A DNA stretch of 64,000 nucleotides from an uncultured Pelagibacteraceae bacterium (GTDB lineage Bacteria > Pseudomonadota > Alphaproteobacteria > Pelagibacterales > Pelagibacteraceae): assembly GCA_902515095.1 (NCBI GenBank), contig CABXTC010000001.1:11196-75195 (forward strand). The letters run 5' to 3'. The translations under genes and the position numbers were made by a program. Under the pieces are notes generated by a model. It was not told the DNA's origin. It did not search any database and worked only from the letters and a program-made list of their open reading frames with translations. This document shows, piece by piece, positions 60,923 through 64,000 of the stretch. The number at the start of each line of letters is the position of its first letter. The stretch's first letter is position 1.

Positions 60923-63502
60923 ATGGAAAAAAACGAAGTTACTAAAAATCAAAATATAAAATTAATTTCAATGCATGATGAGATGAGTTCATCTTATCTA
61001 TCATATGCAATGAGTGTAATTGTAAGTAGAGCGCTCCCTGATATTAGAGATGGGTTAAAACCAGTTCATCGTAGAATTTTATATGCAATGTATAAAGGTG
61101 GTTATGATTGGTCAAAACAGTTTAGAAAATCTGCGAGAATTGTGGGTGATGTTATAGGTAAATATCATCCTCATGGCGATCAATCAGTTTATGATGCACT
61201 TGTTCGTATGGTTCAAGATTTTTCAATGAGCTTACCCCTGGTAGAAGGACAAGGAAATTTTGGATCTATAGATGGAGATCCTGCAGCTGCTATGAGATAC
61301 ACGGAAACAAGGTTATCAAAAGTTTCTCAATTTTTAATCGACGATATTGAAAAAGGTACAATTGATTTTAAAAGTAATTATGATGAAACGGAAAAAGAAC
61401 CAACAGTTTTACCAGCTCAATTTCCAAATTTACTAGTAAATGGAGCAGGAGGTATTGCGGTTGGTATGGCAACAAGTATTCCCCCACATAATTTAGGAGA
61501 AATTATTGATGGCACATTGGCTTTAATTGATAATAAAGAAATAAAGATTAAAGAACTTATGAAATATATTCCTGGACCTGACTTTCCGACTGGTGGAGTA
61601 ATTATTGGAAAAGACATCATTAAACAGGGATATAATAAAGGAAGAGGATCTTTTAAAATTAGAGGTGAAATTCTAAATGAAACACAAAAAAATGGTAGAG
61701 ATAGATTGGTAATTAATTCAATTCCTTATCAAGTTAATAAATCTGTATTAAATGAAAGAATAGCTCAATTAGTTAGAGAAAAAAAAATAGAAGGGATTAA
61801 AGATATACGTGATGAGTCTAACAGAGAAGGTATAAGAGTTTCAATTGATCTAAGAACTGGTGTAGAGCCTGAGACAGTTAAGAGGCAATTATATAAAAAT
61901 ACTCAAATAGAAAGTTCATTTGGTTTTAATACATTAGCAATTGTAGATGGTAAACCGAAGACATGTAATCTCAAAGAATTTTTAGAGAATTTTTTGATAT
62001 TTAGAGAAGACGTAGTTCTCAAAAAAACTAAATTTGATTTAAACAAAGCTGAAGATAGAGCACATATTTTAATTGGTCTCTCAGTATCTGTTGAAAATTT
62101 AGATAAAATTATTAAGATTATTCGGAGCTCAAAAACTCCAGATGATGCAAAAAAATCTTTATTAAACACAAAGTGGAAAATTAACAAATCACAAAAGACA
62201 ATATCTTTAATTGAAACAAAAAAATCAAAAAACTTGTATTCTTTGTCGTCATTACAAGTTGATGCAATTCTAGAGTTGAGATTACAAAAATTGACTGCTC
62301 TAGGAATAAATGAAATTGAAGTTGAAATTAAAAAACTTTCTGAATTAATTTTAAGGTTAAAGAAAATAATATCATCCAAAAAAGAATTATTAAGGGTAAT
62401 AAGCAACGAACTTAAAGATATTAAAGAAAAATATGCTGTACCAAGAAGAACAAAAATAATAGACGCTATCTTAAATTATGATATTGAAGAAACAATCCAA
62501 AAAGAAACAGTCCTAATTACTGTGACTTTGCAGGGGTATATTAAAAGAGGTTCACTTAAAACAGTTAAAATTCAAAAAAGAGGTGGTAAGGGAAAAACAG
62601 GCATCACAACAAGAAATGAGGACTCTGTTGTTCAAACTCTCTCAGTTAACACACACACGTCTGTACTATTTTTTTCTACGGAAGGTCTTGTGTATAAAAT
62701 TAAAGCATGGAAAATTCCTGAGGGTTCCGCCTCATCAAAGGGAAAGTCGTTGTTTAATATTTTACCACTTAAAAATCATCAATCTATAAGTTCAATAATG
62801 CCTTACCCAGAAAATGAGGAGGATTCTGGTAAATATCAGATAGTTTTTGCAACCTCACAAGGTAAAGTGAGAAAAAACAGTCTTGAGGATTTTTCATCTA
62901 TTAATACCTCTGGAAAGATTGCAATGAAATTGGATACTAACGATAAAATAATAGGTGTTAAGATATGCAAAGATGATCAGGACATAATTTTAAGTACCAA
63001 ATTGGGTAAATGTATAAGGTTTGAGTCAAAAAAACTAAGAATTTTCAAAGGTAGATCTTCAAAAGGTATAAAAGGAATTGAATTGGCCGAAAATGATGAA
63101 ATAGTTTCTTTATCGATTATTGATAATAACAAAATAAAAAAAAATGGAAAAAGCACTAAAGATGAAAAATCAGAATTAATAGCAAAACAAAAATTTATTT
63201 TATCAATTAGTGAAAATGGATATGGTAAGAAAACTTCTCATTATGATTACAGAACAACAAATAGGGGAGGAAAAGGAATTATTGGAATAATTAATTCTCC
63301 AAGAAACGGAAATATTGCATCATCATTTCCTGTAAATGAGGGTGATGAAATAATGATTTCAACAAACAAAGGAAGAGTTATTCGATTGTCAGTTAAAGAA
63401 ATTAGGTCAGCTGGAAGAAATACTCAAGGTGTAAGAATCATTAAACTATCAGGTGATGAAAAAGTAGTTTCAGCAATCAAAATTGATGATAATTTATTAT
63501 AA
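60923..63502 (+). CDS. gyrA: DNA gyrase subunit A
   Basis: [28 protein letters not shown] (catalytic Tyr), GyrA-box QKRGGKG. Confidence 0.98.
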   Translation: MEKNEVTKNQNIKLISMHDEMSSSYLSYAMSVIVSRALPDIRDGLKPVHRRILYAMYKGGYDWSKQFRKSARIVGDVIGKYHPHGDQSVYDALVRMVQDFSMSLPLVEGQGNFGSIDGDPAAAMRYTETRLSKVSQFLIDDIEKGTIDFKSNYDETEKEPTVLPAQFPNLLVNGAGGIAVGMATSIPPHNLGEIIDGTLALIDNKEIKIKELMKYIPGPDFPTGGVIIGKDIIKQGYNKGRGSFKIRGEILNETQKNGRDRLVINSIPYQVNKSVLNERIAQLVREKKIEGIKDIRDESNREGIRVSIDLRTGVEPETVKRQLYKNTQIESSFGFNTLAIVDGKPKTCNLKEFLENFLIFREDVVLKKTKFDLNKAEDRAHILIGLSVSVENLDKIIKIIRSSKTPDDAKKSLLNTKWKINKSQKTISLIETKKSKNLYSLSSLQVDAILELRLQKLTALGINEIEVEIKKLSELILRLKKIISSKKELLRVISNELKDIKEKYAVPRRTKIIDAILNYDIEETIQKETVLITVTLQGYIKRGSLKTVKIQKRGGKGKTGITTRNEDSVVQTLSVNTHTSVLFFSTEGLVYKIKAWKIPEGSASSKGKSLFNILPLKNHQSISSIMPYPENEEDSGKYQIVFATSQGKVRKNSLEDFSSINTSGKIAMKLDTNDKIIGVKICKDDQDIILSTKLGKCIRFESKKLRIFKGRSSKGIKGIELAENDEIVSLSIIDNNKIKKNGKSTKDEKSELIAKQKFILSISENGYGKKTSHYDYRTTNRGGKGIIGIINSPRNGNIASSFPVNEGDEIMISTNKGRVIRLSVKEIRSAGRNTQGVRIIKLSGDEKVVSAIKIDDNLL

Positions 63503-63996
63503 TGTTAAAAACAGCTATTTACCCAGGCACATTTGACCCAATTACATTTGGCCATATCGATGTTATTAAAAAATCGTTAAAGTTATTTGATAAAATTGTT
63601 GTTGCTATATCAGATGGTGAAAACAAAAATTATTTATTTGATGTTGATGAGAGAATAGAAATTGTAAGAAATGCGCTTTTTAAAGATCTAAAAATGAATA
63701 AGAAAAATATAATTGTTATTTCTTTTAAATCACTAACCACAACTTTATGTAAAAAATACAAATCAACTATTATATTGAGAGGTTTAAGAGCAGTTTCAGA
63801 TTTTGAATATGAGTTTCAACTTGCAGGTATGAACAGAAAATTAAATAATAACATTGAAACCTTATTTTTAATGTCGGACGTTGAAAATCAAATCATATCT
63901 TCAAAATTTGTTAAAGAAATTGCAAAACTTAATGGTGATATCAGAAAATTTACAACAAAGAGTACAATCAAAGCTTTAAAATATAAGAATGAGTAA
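63502..63996 (+). CDS. coaD: Phosphopantetheine adenylyltransferase
   Basis: YPGTFDPITFGH, RGLR, DFEYE, ISSKFVKEIA. Confidence 0.97.
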   Translation: MLKTAIYPGTFDPITFGHIDVIKKSLKLFDKIVVAISDGENKNYLFDVDERIEIVRNALFKDLKMNKKNIIVISFKSLTTTLCKKYKSTIILRGLRAVSDFEYEFQLAGMNRKLNNNIETLFLMSDVENQIISSKFVKEIAKLNGDIRKFTTKSTIKALKYKNE

Positions 63997-64000
63997 GTTT
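63989..64000 (+). CDS. Probable start of the next gene (MSKF...), truncated by the window edge
   Basis: ATG overlaps the coaD 3' end in the local coupling pattern; only 4 codons are visible. Confidence 0.35.

Noticed and set aside
425-62789. Many 60-170 aa antisense or alternate-frame ORFs nested in core genes (for example 16882..17271, 55399..55767, 61903..62406)
   Set aside because: Fully overlapped by well-supported genes, with no motifs; expected antisense shadows.

Overview
A very AT-rich, extremely compact alphaproteobacterial chromosome segment. Gene content, tiny or overlapping intergenic gaps and protein style point to Candidatus Pelagibacter (SAR11); this is an inference, not a database result. 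The window is almost entirely core genome: end of bamA plus skp-fabZ-lpxD-lpxA-lpxI-lpxB, gltX, lexA, trpEGDC, tpiA-secG-pyrG-kdsA-eno-ftsB-lipA, ispDF, ntrYX-trkAH, three tRNAs (Arg-TCT, Asn-GTT, Cys-GCA), aapJQMP, valS-ilvD-manC, znuABC/zur, argS-nagZ-scpAB-tatABC-serS-yajC-secDF, uvrA/ssb-gyrA-coaD. I see no CRISPR array, integrase, transposase or prophage. The least explained part is a minus-strand block downstream of zur (38720-40757). It encodes a 73-aa membrane protein, an AqpS-like aquaporin with an NPF motif and a divergent PiT-fold transporter, and the PiT-like gene is preceded by an unusually long 192-bp leader with repeats, a hairpin and anti-Shine-Dalgarno motifs (candidate regulatory RNA). 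Clear regulatory signals are four LexA half-sites at 11-bp spacing, two tandem Zur boxes, and a terminator inside the aap operon. I found no firm evidence of a wholly new multi-gene system; the leads below are hypotheses.
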